A stretch of 47,490 nt of DNA from a virus, in IMG/VR virus record IMGVR_UViG_3300011423_000003; one strand, written 5' to 3'. How positions within the stretch are numbered: the first letter of the stretch is position 1; each line of letters begins with the position of its first letter. The notes under the pieces are model-generated. The model made no database searches. It was not told the origin of the DNA and was given only the letters and a program-made list of their open reading frames with translations. Position numbers and translations under genes: made by a program. This document shows, in pieces, positions 25,801 through 34,169 of the stretch.

Positions 25801-28800
25801 ATCGGGCCGATCTCAAGACGAACAAAGAAACGCACGAGCAACATTTCAATCGACTGGTTGAGGAAGAGCTTAATCAACGGATGATGGAGGAGCACGGTAA
25901 TCTCCAGACCATCATTGACAATCAAGTTATTGGAGCCGCCTGGAATATCGCTCAAGAGCGGGTGCTCAAGAACGAGCTTGATTCACTGTCACAGATGACC
26001 GGCTCGGATTTAATTCAACTGCCTGATATGAAGAAGATCGTCGACTCGAGCATGAGGGAGATGACGAACGCTCAAGCGATGGATACCAAGACTTATCAAC
26101 AGAATGCTGGGCGACATGGGCGCTTGTCGAAAGAGGCAAAGGATGCGGGAGACTTGTTGACGGCCCTGAATGAAAAGCGGCTGCAAATGCAGTCTGCGAT
26201 GATGGCGAAGTGGGGACAAGAGCATAAGAGGGAGGTGATACTTAGTCAACGCCTGGTTAACAAAGTGACGAACATTGCGAGGGCTAAGGACTTTGATCCT
26301 GACACTAACACGCGAATGCTCCAGTTGATCGCGATGTCAGGGCTTGATCCAGGCGCTCGTGGACTGCGAGTACTTGAGAAGGATATTGGTGCGCTTAAGG
26401 AGCCTGATCTTGGAAAGTGGATTCAGGATCGGAATGAGCTTAACAATGCTGACACTATTCCGACGCCGACATACTTAGGACAAAAGGTTGAACGGCTCCA
26501 AGACTTGAGTCAGATGAATGTTGGGAACTTCAAAGAGTTTAATGACACACTAAGAGCGATGGAGTTTGTTGGAAAGAACGAAAAGCTTGTTGGTGAGAAA
26601 GGACAACAGTTAGAGCTTGGTCAGGTGCTTGATACAGTGAAGGCGCAAGTCGCTGACTTGGCTGAGGCGCGCGGTTATGAGAAGTATGGTGATCCCATCC
26701 AGCCAGAAAGAGGGATTGCTGCAAAGTGGCGTGGGTCGATCGCGAACTTGTTAAGGGTTGAGACGGTCACGATGAAGATTGATCGACTTGACCCTGACGG
26801 GATTATGAACAGAGTTTTGATTAAGCCACTTAAGCTTGCTCAAAAGTGGAAAAATGAAGTAACGGCTGATGTTGCGAAGTACTTGAAGACAGTGGATCAT
26901 GGGGAGTGGGCTGGAGTTAAGGGAGCGAAAGTAGATACACTGAAGCGAACAGTCCCGAATGACTCGATCATAGCGCCGAACGGGAAGCCGAGAGAGTTTA
27001 GGCGAGATGAAATGCTTATGGTGGCGCTTAACTGGGGGAACGCCCATAATCAAGATATGATGGCGAACTCACTGAACTCAGACAAGACGACAATAGGGTC
27101 TTGGCTTGCGAAGAACATGACAAAAGAGAATTGGGACTTCGTTAGCAATATCTGGGAGATGTATGAGAAGAAACTGAACCCGATTAGAGATGGAGTGTAT
27201 CAACGGACTCGAGGGTTCGGGATGGAGTATCCTGAGCCAGTCGGCTTCATCGACGCGCATGGAGTTAATCGAAAGGGCGGCTACTTCCCGATAATGAAGC
27301 TGAGAGAAGAAGGGATTGAGGGGCTGAAGTCGAGTGAAGTTGGTGGCTTGATTGACAATAGAGTTTTCGATCCACTGCCAGCCAACTCACACAGGCAAAC
27401 TGCCAAAGAGCAGCGAGAAGGCAAGAACATTTTACTGACGCTGAACTTTGATGAGCTGCCGAACAGGATTAAGGAAGACATTCATGAGCTGACGCATAGG
27501 GAGGCGGTACAGAATGCAGCGAAAATAATCAATGATAAGAACTTTTATGATACTGTGTTTAAGGCCTTCGGCAAAGGTCAAGCCGATCTTTTCAAGCCTT
27601 GGCTTGCTGGAATGGCGAGCGATGGAGGGAGAGCAGATCTTGTCCAAGCGAACGCTTTCCGCTGGTGGATGGGGAAGCTACAGTCGAATACAATCTCGAA
27701 TGTGATTGGCTTTAATCCGGGAACCATGCTTGTCCACAGTCCAACTGCGATGATGAACACTATCGGCGAAGCAGGGCTTGACACGTTTAGGGCTATTAAG
27801 CTGGCAGTTGGTGACTCTCAGCTAATGGATGCCTGGGGAACGATCTCGAGGTCGAAGAGTAATTGGGATCAGATGACGGGCTTTGCGCTTGAGAACTCAG
27901 CTGAGCTATCGACTCGTATGAAGGACAAGAAAAGGGACATTGCTTACTCACTTGGACAGTGGGGGAATTGGGAGTCATTCCAACACAACAGCGAGTATGC
28001 AGGGCAACTGCAGATCGCTTACACAGACTATATGACGGCAACAGTTGCTTGGTGGGCCGGTTACTTAAAGGGTGAACGGGAAGGAATGAGTCATACTGAT
28101 GCGGCGCTTTATGGAGATAAGCTTGTTCGTCTAGCTCATAACTCCTCGAATTTGATGGACAAATCACAGTTCAACATCGACAAGTCCCTACGTCCCTTTG
28201 CTCAGTTCTATGGCTTCTTCAACCACGTCGTCAACCAGCTGCATGTCAAAGGCTTCAAGGTTGCGGAAGATGTGAGAGATGTTAAACAAGCGTTTGCTGA
28301 TCGTGCTGCGAAAGAGACGATGCAAACCTTTAGTGAGATGGGAAAGTCGATGGGAGGAGCAGGTTTCACTGCATTTTCGGCAGGGGTGTTTTATGTAGGA
28401 GCGCTCGCCTTTATTCACTCGATAATTAGAGGTGAGCCACATAAAGATGATCCTTGGGGAGTGACGGCCGTTAAAGAGTTAGCAGGGTTAGGAACAACTT
28501 TCGTCCCATTCGTTAAAGAGGCTTCTTACGCTTTGCTTCACGGAGAGTACGCAAGGGCGAGCATTCCACTGACGGCAGCGCTTGATGTGCCGAGAAGATG
28601 GATGCGGGATGTTAAGAAGTATGCAACGAAGATTGATGCAAGTAAGATGGAAACTTGGATACCACCACTTCAAACATCGTTCGAGCTTCTCGGGGTTTTT
28701 GCTGGAGTTAAACTGACGTCGAAGCAGATGGGACGTTGGGCTGAAGAAGCACAGCGAATACAAAGAGGGGAAGTGCCGCCTCCGAGGAACTTCACGGAGT

Positions 28801-28901
28801 GGAGGCGCTTGATTGTTTATGGTCGCTCGACGCCGATTGGCTCAAGACGAAGCACGAGTGGGACACGGCCGCTCACAGCAGATGAAATGCGTTACAGGTA
28901 A
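22797..28901 (+). CDS. Giant internal virion / DNA-ejection protein (2034 aa)
   Basis: Uninterrupted 6.1-kb ORF at the gp15/gp16 position. Gly-rich hydrophobic segments (VMMGTFGAIGGPVGAGTGMGIGFAAGLAQGF; GGAGFTAFSAGVFYVGALAFIHSII). No enzymatic motif recognised. Confidence 0.75.
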   Translation: MAAVTDIFDLTETGTEPAKSEPLEENPFEESEQDKKKRGARALLGNADADPEAAGKSFQLAKKYKVDPALVDVDYPSWESDLKIGENINIVNSNKAVRDYINSDPMAARVSHDDLGTLDKITKGIANAWAWAGENLNPISTAKAEGAEPTFGPASPPIKPSLPDSHDVDFSSAAHYGMVATRLGLLGAKLQGASPEEEAVLRPQIQALQKELMNRPESNGVVNYLKNLIGGFAGQMWEGKEHLATQATAGSVMMGTFGAIGGPVGAGTGMGIGFAAGLAQGFATLSAQTSAGNVYLAIEDIEGLSKSNKQIIAGGAGLAVGVLEAAGGALVQDLTMQIVKNVTANEIGKAGIKQILGEFAKDTALGGGINAMQTVAEQLGEQIAKVAGTRDLKTILNDNGERMKFAGEVAQSFIDGLVLTSILSGPSAALHARGSRTGDQIAATRAQGNQARLDDLMTNAQASLTKERSPEQFENVLARQSPDPVLFLDPSIVTQFKDKFGFIPNLEVQIANANYLGTEIQVNQSKLVAHLDPTLYPQIRDGVRFGSSELNPAEALKVQQAEIQRQQKEMERAAQIKADQESGVPIPPKENIPDVDLIREIFGIDSKEVEPAVKQAVQQATEQLNVPPAAAEKAQSLIDRFLGRRQLPTAEQFDVWVQRENLKNLLMIKRKPLQEAQVSPTPEALSVDAKVITEDTSGRPQTQDASTIQPSPKADSEVNLTVEIGKAESKTLIDHLRTLMDAELPDNIEEAILGRALSRSPGNKAELHNFIDEEAKITNITEPKAIEAIKAQADAALAALGTRLIKENTAAVVNGLSDKDAQMVARATARALDESRYVMAFTPLFENGEGMTPAGRAAYEQHIQDVQAAMSEAVFEAAREVTEMKETKRWADQKAKMRPEAEETVANTPVIIADEYFRTGRSRALADEVTDLQMTRRDVDSIFTAEELTAMGIKTKYLSKSVLMQGMRWAKEDSPNVGSSDMFAEAFGYSTGTDMILDLMRYRADLKTNKETHEQHFNRLVEEELNQRMMEEHGNLQTIIDNQVIGAAWNIAQERVLKNELDSLSQMTGSDLIQLPDMKKIVDSSMREMTNAQAMDTKTYQQNAGRHGRLSKEAKDAGDLLTALNEKRLQMQSAMMAKWGQEHKREVILSQRLVNKVTNIARAKDFDPDTNTRMLQLIAMSGLDPGARGLRVLEKDIGALKEPDLGKWIQDRNELNNADTIPTPTYLGQKVERLQDLSQMNVGNFKEFNDTLRAMEFVGKNEKLVGEKGQQLELGQVLDTVKAQVADLAEARGYEKYGDPIQPERGIAAKWRGSIANLLRVETVTMKIDRLDPDGIMNRVLIKPLKLAQKWKNEVTADVAKYLKTVDHGEWAGVKGAKVDTLKRTVPNDSIIAPNGKPREFRRDEMLMVALNWGNAHNQDMMANSLNSDKTTIGSWLAKNMTKENWDFVSNIWEMYEKKLNPIRDGVYQRTRGFGMEYPEPVGFIDAHGVNRKGGYFPIMKLREEGIEGLKSSEVGGLIDNRVFDPLPANSHRQTAKEQREGKNILLTLNFDELPNRIKEDIHELTHREAVQNAAKIINDKNFYDTVFKAFGKGQADLFKPWLAGMASDGGRADLVQANAFRWWMGKLQSNTISNVIGFNPGTMLVHSPTAMMNTIGEAGLDTFRAIKLAVGDSQLMDAWGTISRSKSNWDQMTGFALENSAELSTRMKDKKRDIAYSLGQWGNWESFQHNSEYAGQLQIAYTDYMTATVAWWAGYLKGEREGMSHTDAALYGDKLVRLAHNSSNLMDKSQFNIDKSLRPFAQFYGFFNHVVNQLHVKGFKVAEDVRDVKQAFADRAAKETMQTFSEMGKSMGGAGFTAFSAGVFYVGALAFIHSIIRGEPHKDDPWGVTAVKELAGLGTTFVPFVKEASYALLHGEYARASIPLTAALDVPRRWMRDVKKYATKIDASKMETWIPPLQTSFELLGVFAGVKLTSKQMGRWAEEAQRIQRGEVPPPRNFTEWRRLIVYGRSTPIGSRRSTSGTRPLTADEMRYR

Positions 28902-28902
28902 A

Positions 28903-28937
28903 GAGAGGGTTGGATAAACCATTTATCCAGCCATATC
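28903..28937. repeat. 35-bp palindromic intergenic element, copy 3
   Basis: GAGAGGGTTGGATAAACCATTTATCCAGCCATATC. The inner part TGGATAAA-CCA-TTTATCCA is a perfect 8-bp stem with a 3-nt loop. Starts 2 nt after the stop of the 2034-aa gene. Confidence 0.85.
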
Positions 28938-28948
28938 AGAGGTGATAA

Positions 28949-29350
28949 ATGACTCTATCCACTCAATCATCAGCCGCCACTTACTTAGGTAACGGCGCGA
29001 CAACTCAGTGGGCGTTCGACTTCCCAATAATGGACTTGAGTCATCTTCAACTCAAGACCAAAGACGCAACCGGAGCGCTGAACAACATCGCGCCTGCTGA
29101 TTATCAGGTGGTGGGGATAGGCTCTCCGACTGGTGGCTACGTCGCCTATCCCCTTTCGGGCAACCCGGTTCCTCCCGGCTGGCGAGTCCGCGTTCAGCGC
29201 GTAGTCCCCCTTGTTCAACCAGTTGAGATCATCAATCAAGAAGCGTTTTATCCAGAGGTCATCGAAAGTGCTGCTGACTACGGCCGCTTCATTGATCAGC
29301 AGATGACACAGAGACTTATTGATCTCGAAGCGAACGATCTGTGGGTTTAG
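28949..29350 (+). CDS. Tail-fibre N-terminal anchor domain only (T7 gp17 N-terminus-like), 133 aa
   Basis: ATYLGNGATTQWAFDFPIMDLSHLQLK... parallels T7 gp17 (LTYQLDGSNRDFNIPFEYLARKFVVV). Sits at the canonical gp17 position but lacks a shaft or tip. Confidence 0.6.
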   Translation: MTLSTQSSAATYLGNGATTQWAFDFPIMDLSHLQLKTKDATGALNNIAPADYQVVGIGSPTGGYVAYPLSGNPVPPGWRVRVQRVVPLVQPVEIINQEAFYPEVIESAADYGRFIDQQMTQRLIDLEANDLWV

Positions 29351-30540
29351 AAGTCCTGTGGTTTGGGCAAGGGCTTGAATGCTCTGTGTCCACTAGGAGT
29401 GAGGATGTGCTCGACATGACCAGTCCGGACCATGAGCTGCATAAGCTTCTCGACGTTATGAGCAGGGACGCGCTCGCTCAAAAAGAGGGCTACCACACTC
29501 TCCATAACTGGTTGACCCGTCCGCCCATTCATCTTCCAAATAAAGTGCCAACAGTCTTGGAGCGCTTGAGAATCCCCGCCCTTGAGCATGGCCCTAAAGA
29601 TGTCGGGCATCAAAGCCTCGGCCTCGAGCAACCATCCGAGAGCCTCTTGGTAATGCTGGATTTCTATCACCTGCGAAGCACCCCAGGCTACCGCACACAC
29701 CATGCACAACTTCAAGAGGTGAGCGGTACGTCGGGGAATGTAGGAGGCCAGACGGGGATGGTCAGGAGTGGGGGGACCACCGCTGAGAACCCAAGCTACC
29801 AAGGCGGTGGAAGCCTCTTTTGAGAAGATCAGCTCGCCTCGCTGGTCGCCAATCAAGCGGAGATCTTTGATTAAACCAGTTAGCTCGATCTTGGCTGGTG
29901 ACTCAAAAGGATTGCGTGGCTCACTTATTCCACAGTAGACCATAATGTTTCTGGAGATGAAGCCTTGGTCCCAAGCACCCTCAGGCATGAATTTGCCCAA
30001 GTAGGAAGGGGTAGAGCCACACACCAGATTAAAAAAAGGCTTGGCGATGGTGATTGATAGCTCCTTCGTCCGTCTTTTCTCTGAGTAAGGAGTGCCGTCA
30101 TAGATGTCTGTGAGAGTTGACATAAAGGCGTGCTCGTAAGCAGGTAAGAGGACGCCCATCTCGCTGATTGCAGCTGTCAGTGAATTGTAATCTTCATAAG
30201 GTCCAGGACCAAACAATTGCTTTCGCTTCGCACCGTCAAGCTCATCAATGAACGAGGCTCGAGTCAGTGAAGACGAGCCCTTGTGATGTTCTTGAAGAAA
30301 ACCCCACAGCTGATTGATGCGAGCAAGTATGATTGACTTGCCCACTCCTGGTGGTCCGATCAGCATGACGTAAAGGTTTGGGAACAGTGCCGTTCCCCTA
30401 GAGACTACCCATATCTTTCTTTCCATCGCTCCTGCGATCGCTGCTATTCCAGCCCACTTCCTAAAAATGTCTGGCGAGGCTGTTTCAGCGGTCTGTTCAA
30501 CAAATAACTCTATCCAAGATCTCCCACGGCCATTTTCCAC
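29347..30540 (-). CDS. P-loop NTPase, DUF3987-like (putative replicative helicase/primase-associated)
   Basis: Walker A LIGPPGVGKS preceded by FPNLYVM. The overall pattern recalls DUF3987. Its stop overlaps the convergent + strand stop. Confidence 0.6.
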   Translation of the reverse strand: MENGRGRSWIELFVEQTAETASPDIFRKWAGIAAIAGAMERKIWVVSRGTALFPNLYVMLIGPPGVGKSIILARINQLWGFLQEHHKGSSSLTRASFIDELDGAKRKQLFGPGPYEDYNSLTAAISEMGVLLPAYEHAFMSTLTDIYDGTPYSEKRRTKELSITIAKPFFNLVCGSTPSYLGKFMPEGAWDQGFISRNIMVYCGISEPRNPFESPAKIELTGLIKDLRLIGDQRGELIFSKEASTALVAWVLSGGPPTPDHPRLASYIPRRTAHLLKLCMVCAVAWGASQVIEIQHYQEALGWLLEAEALMPDIFRAMLKGGDSQALQDCWHFIWKMNGRTGQPVMESVVALFLSERVPAHNVEKLMQLMVRTGHVEHILTPSGHRAFKPLPKPQDF

Positions 30541-31967
30541 TTTGCGAGTCCTTGAGGGTTTTCATCTGTTTTAGGAGCCCAGTTATAGCCAGTCTTTACC
30601 TCGGCGGGGATTATCAGTGTTCTATCCCCGCGGAGCCTCACAGGGTACTCAAAGAGCTTCATCATCTGCGGTATGACGATTGCTTCATCTTTCTCAGGAT
30701 ACTGAAATAAGAGTGAATCATGGACTTGCAACAGCAACTGTACTTTGTTAGCGCGCCATATGTTCAGCATAATTCGATTGAGTATTTCGACGGACACGGA
30801 CTGAGGCTCGAAGGCGACCGCTTCGCGGAGCGTTGACTGATCATTCCGCCTCCCAAAGAACCATCTTCGCATACCGAGCATCGTCGTCAGCTGACCCTTC
30901 ATCTTGAGTTCGTCTTCGACCCACTGATGCCACCTCTGGATCGCAATGAATTTCGTGAAGTACGCCGCCTGGAAGTCCTTGATAACTTTGACTGGCATCT
31001 GGGAGTGAAATGCCATCGTTGAAGCCTGTCCCATGTAGTTACTGCCGTGTCCGAGACGCTTTGCCATATACCGGAGCGAGTGCTGACGATAATGTGGCCG
31101 CTCGGCGATGTCTCGATCCTTATGACGATCCCCTGTCCATCCGAGAGCTGGCATAATGCCCTTAGCAACCTCGGTATGGAGATCTCCTGACTCACACGCA
31201 TCCAAGTACGCTCCATCTCCGAAGAGGTTCCAACAAATCGCGCCGACGACTCTTGACTCAGCTTGCTCTAGGTCGATGTTCCCAAGCTTCATTCCGGGGT
31301 CAGCGATGAAGATTCTTCTGAGGCCTTCTTCAATATTTTGTAAGTTTGTTCCAGTCTCGAGGTCAGCCATTGAGCTGGAGAAGCGACCAGTTTCTGTTCC
31401 GGCAATGTTGAAGCTGGTACGCATTCGCTTGTCAGCGTCAATCCGAGTCTTAAGTACACCGATCTTTTTCTGTATCTCTCGGAGAAGAAGAATGTGGTTG
31501 ACCAGCGGTTGGGCGACGAAGTAGTTCGTGAGCTTTTCAAGTGCGCCGCGATTGACTGTCGGAACCATCTCACCAGACGTTCCTCGTCTGCGGATAGGGG
31601 GTATACAGAGTACGCCATAGAACAGCTCCATCAGTTGCTTCGGCGAAGACCATTTGCAAGTCGTTCCTATGCCTACTTCGAGGATAACGTCGAGTTGGTC
31701 ACTCAAGCGTTTAACCCGCTTCTCATAGTCGATGATGAGGCGGTCACGCTCAGTTATGTCAACCAAGACACCACGAAGGTTCATCTCCAGCACAGGTGCT
31801 TGCAACGCGAAGCGAAGATTATACGTCTCTCGAGTTACGTCATCAAGCTGCTCCTGTAGGATCGAGCTGATCTCATGAGTGACACAACAGTCGAGTCCGT
31901 TGTAGACCCACTGTTTTTCCATCTCTCCCATATGAGGGGAAATGTGTTCAGTCTGAACGATTTTCAT
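30510..31967 (-). CDS. Family A DNA polymerase, polymerase domain only
   Basis: TETGRFSS...NLQNI; motif A DLEQAESRV; motif B RYMAKRLGHGSNYMG; motif C QVHDSLLF. Confidence 0.88.
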   Translation of the reverse strand: MKIVQTEHISPHMGEMEKQWVYNGLDCCVTHEISSILQEQLDDVTRETYNLRFALQAPVLEMNLRGVLVDITERDRLIIDYEKRVKRLSDQLDVILEVGIGTTCKWSSPKQLMELFYGVLCIPPIRRRGTSGEMVPTVNRGALEKLTNYFVAQPLVNHILLLREIQKKIGVLKTRIDADKRMRTSFNIAGTETGRFSSSMADLETGTNLQNIEEGLRRIFIADPGMKLGNIDLEQAESRVVGAICWNLFGDGAYLDACESGDLHTEVAKGIMPALGWTGDRHKDRDIAERPHYRQHSLRYMAKRLGHGSNYMGQASTMAFHSQMPVKVIKDFQAAYFTKFIAIQRWHQWVEDELKMKGQLTTMLGMRRWFFGRRNDQSTLREAVAFEPQSVSVEILNRIMLNIWRANKVQLLLQVHDSLLFQYPEKDEAIVIPQMMKLFEYPVRLRGDRTLIIPAEVKTGYNWAPKTDENPQGLAKWKMAVGDLG

Positions 31968-32214
31968 TTCCTATCTCCACATACATCTTGTCAAAGTCAT
32001 TTTTGCTGATAGCATGAGGTATTCCGTTGTAGCCACACAAGATCCAATCACCCTTAAAGACGGTACGAGTTGATCCATAAGAGGTTCGAAGGACTGTTGA
32101 GTTTGGATAGACGACAGCCCACTCGAACTCGATGGCACGCTTGAACCAATCAGGTTGTGGGTCACGGCCGAGCTGGAACGCATCGACCTCAAGCTGTCGG
32201 GGGCGGAACTTCAC
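31948..32214 (-). CDS. Hypothetical protein (88 aa) between the pol and exo genes
   Basis: ORF with overlapping start/stop junctions on both sides. Confidence 0.6.
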   Translation of the reverse strand: MKFRPRQLEVDAFQLGRDPQPDWFKRAIEFEWAVVYPNSTVLRTSYGSTRTVFKGDWILCGYNGIPHAISKNDFDKMYVEIGNENRSD

Positions 32215-32495
32215 AGGCCTAACTCCTCAAGGTCGATTGGTTGACGAAGTGGCTTCGCCACCTTCTCTCGCGACTTCTGCTTTTGGATGTAGTCAGGCCA
32301 AGCAATAACATCTGGTGGATCAGGGAGTTGATACCCGTGCATTATCTCACCAAGAGGCTTCTGCCAATAAGGATAAGCTCGCCATCCTATTGAGGTGATG
32401 AACCAAGGGCCAGGGTCACTCTCAGTCCCATCCATCGACTCAGCTATGTCGTAGGTCGGCTTGCCACGAACGAGATGTGCAATCAAGTAGATCAT
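32211..32495 (-). CDS. Hypothetical protein (94 aa)
   Basis: ORF translationally coupled to both neighbours. Confidence 0.6.
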   Translation of the reverse strand: MIYLIAHLVRGKPTYDIAESMDGTESDPGPWFITSIGWRAYPYWQKPLGEIMHGYQLPDPPDVIAWPDYIQKQKSREKVAKPLRQPIDLEELGL

Positions 32496-32740
32496 TTCTC
32501 CACCATTTCCGCCGCCTCGATCAGCGCAGCTTGCAGCCGCTTGTTCTCTGCGCGCAACTCTTCGTATCGCTCTTTAATCACAAGCACACGCACTCCGGCT
32601 ACTGTGAGATCGTCGGCCATCTTTGCGACAAGTGCGTTCAGCCGCTCGATCTCGTTGGCGGCCTCTTGCATGAGTTTCGCCCATTTGGCAATTTCATAGT
32701 CGGGAGCCATGCGGTGCAGCCGTTCAACGATGTCGGTCAT
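32492..32740 (-). CDS. Hypothetical coiled-coil protein (82 aa)
   Basis: Heptad-rich sequence with coupled junctions. Confidence 0.6.
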   Translation of the reverse strand: MTDIVERLHRMAPDYEIAKWAKLMQEAANEIERLNALVAKMADDLTVAGVRVLVIKERYEELRAENKRLQAALIEAAEMVEK

Positions 32741-33759
32741 TTCTCCCTCTTCTCCAGTATCTTATCGCTTTGTCTCATCAGCTTCCATGACGCTTCGTTC
32801 GTATACACTGAACCAAGAAAGCCAAGACCTTTCCGAGACTCCGGCTGAAGCGCATGATGGAGGAGCATGGTGTCTGTAGTGTAATTGGTTGGAGTTGCTC
32901 CGAGCTTTCTCCACAGAAAGTGGATGTCGAAGATACCGTTATGCGCTGTCTTCTGTGCGGGCAAGTGTAGAATGTTCTTGACCCACTGCCAAGCTTGCAC
33001 TTCGTCTCCGGGACTCCAGTAACTCCATCCATTCTTTCTGTAATCGACGAAAGGGATGCAAACAGCGATCTTTTCAGAAGGCGCGAAGCCGATGCAGGTG
33101 ATCTCGTTAAACGCCGTCTCAATGTCAAAGGCGATCTCCTTCGCCCCTTGTAAGTAAGTCCGATAAAATAGAGCTATGTCTTGGAGGCTTTCGACGATCC
33201 AGACTTCTCTCTTAGGTCGTCTAACTTCTGGGAAACGGGACTCTCGTCGGGCTTTGATGAAGTCTGCGACAACGGTTGGACGGAGTTCCCATTGTCTGAG
33301 TACAGCTGCTGGGTGAAAGGTTGGGAGGACTTTTTGTCCGAGGCCATTTCCTTGGGTTGAAAAGGGTGCCTCCTGAATGGTTCCTCTGAACTTTGAGATT
33401 CCGGTGGCGTTGAGAAGGAACCACGCGGCAGTGTTTCCGAGGGCCAGAACGAGATTTGGTTTAACGCTCCGCAACTCCCGCAGCACACGGTCAAGTTCAG
33501 GTGCATAGTCGGCTTTGATGCTCTTCCCTTTACTGATGGGGCCGTAGCCGTTGACGCTAGGAGTCCCGCAAAGGTTTTCAATGTTATTCTCCTTTGGTCT
33601 GAGGTTGAAGACGTTTGAGAGGTAACAATCACGACGACTGATACCGGCCTCGTCGAGCATTCTCGTCAGCTCATAACCGCTTGGTCCGACGAAGGGGGCA
33701 CGAGCACGCTCTTCATGCTCACCCCACGCCTCTCCAAGTATAAAGATTTCACCATACAT
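32737..33759 (-). CDS. Family-4 UDG-like domain fused to a DnaQ-type 3'-5' exonuclease domain (exo half of the split DNA polymerase)
   Basis: UDG-like ILGEAWGEHEE...PFVGPSG...FHPAAVLR. Exo I FDIET, Exo II HNGIFD, Exo III YTTDT. Confidence 0.8.
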   Translation of the reverse strand: MYGEIFILGEAWGEHEERARAPFVGPSGYELTRMLDEAGISRRDCYLSNVFNLRPKENNIENLCGTPSVNGYGPISKGKSIKADYAPELDRVLRELRSVKPNLVLALGNTAAWFLLNATGISKFRGTIQEAPFSTQGNGLGQKVLPTFHPAAVLRQWELRPTVVADFIKARRESRFPEVRRPKREVWIVESLQDIALFYRTYLQGAKEIAFDIETAFNEITCIGFAPSEKIAVCIPFVDYRKNGWSYWSPGDEVQAWQWVKNILHLPAQKTAHNGIFDIHFLWRKLGATPTNYTTDTMLLHHALQPESRKGLGFLGSVYTNEASWKLMRQSDKILEKREK

Positions 33760-34169
33760 CAGTTCACCGCTCCAGTAAACTCGTGTCTCATCATCTCCTC
33801 GTCAGCGAGGAACTGAGTGACATGCTCCATCGACGCGAACCGCTCAAAGCAACAGACAACTGAGCCGATTGTTGGCAAGTCACCAACGAAGATAACTCGC
33901 TTACCCATAGCGAACGCAACGCCCGCTTCGAAGCAAGAGCCACGCATGGAGTCGCCGGGCTGGACGAACAAGATCAGTACATCACACAAGAGAACGTCCT
34001 TGATGTTGTTGTCCCAAGACTCTTTGACGACTTGAGCTGATGCCTTTGGTTCACCATCTTTCAAAAAGTCAATCCAAGTCGAAACGATCGCCACTCTCGG
34101 ATACAGTTTCTCACGCAACGCTATCCAACGCCGAGCGTACTTGATGTCGGAGGCGATGTAGACTCTCAT
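33759..34169 (-). CDS. Nucleoside 2-deoxyribosyltransferase-like / DUF4406-like protein
   Basis: MRVYIAS... and ...RGSCFEAGVAFAMGKRVIFVG match the (GT)xxExGxAxAxGKxV pattern of the NDT superfamily. Confidence 0.45.
   Translation of the reverse strand: MRVYIASDIKYARRWIALREKLYPRVAIVSTWIDFLKDGEPKASAQVVKESWDNNIKDVLLCDVLILFVQPGDSMRGSCFEAGVAFAMGKRVIFVGDLPTIGSVVCCFERFASMEHVTQFLADEEMMRHEFTGAVN

Noticed and set aside
22797-28901. Virion-packaged RNA polymerase hidden in the 2034-aa protein
   Set aside because: I could not find single-subunit RNAP motifs by eye, so it is not called as a feature. It is kept only as a hypothesis to test in the giant-protein finding.
29341-29823. 160-aa + strand ORF overlapping the DUF3987-like gene
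   Set aside because: It is antisense to a gene with a clear Walker A and family pattern. It has no RBS and would extend the + arm past its convergent end.
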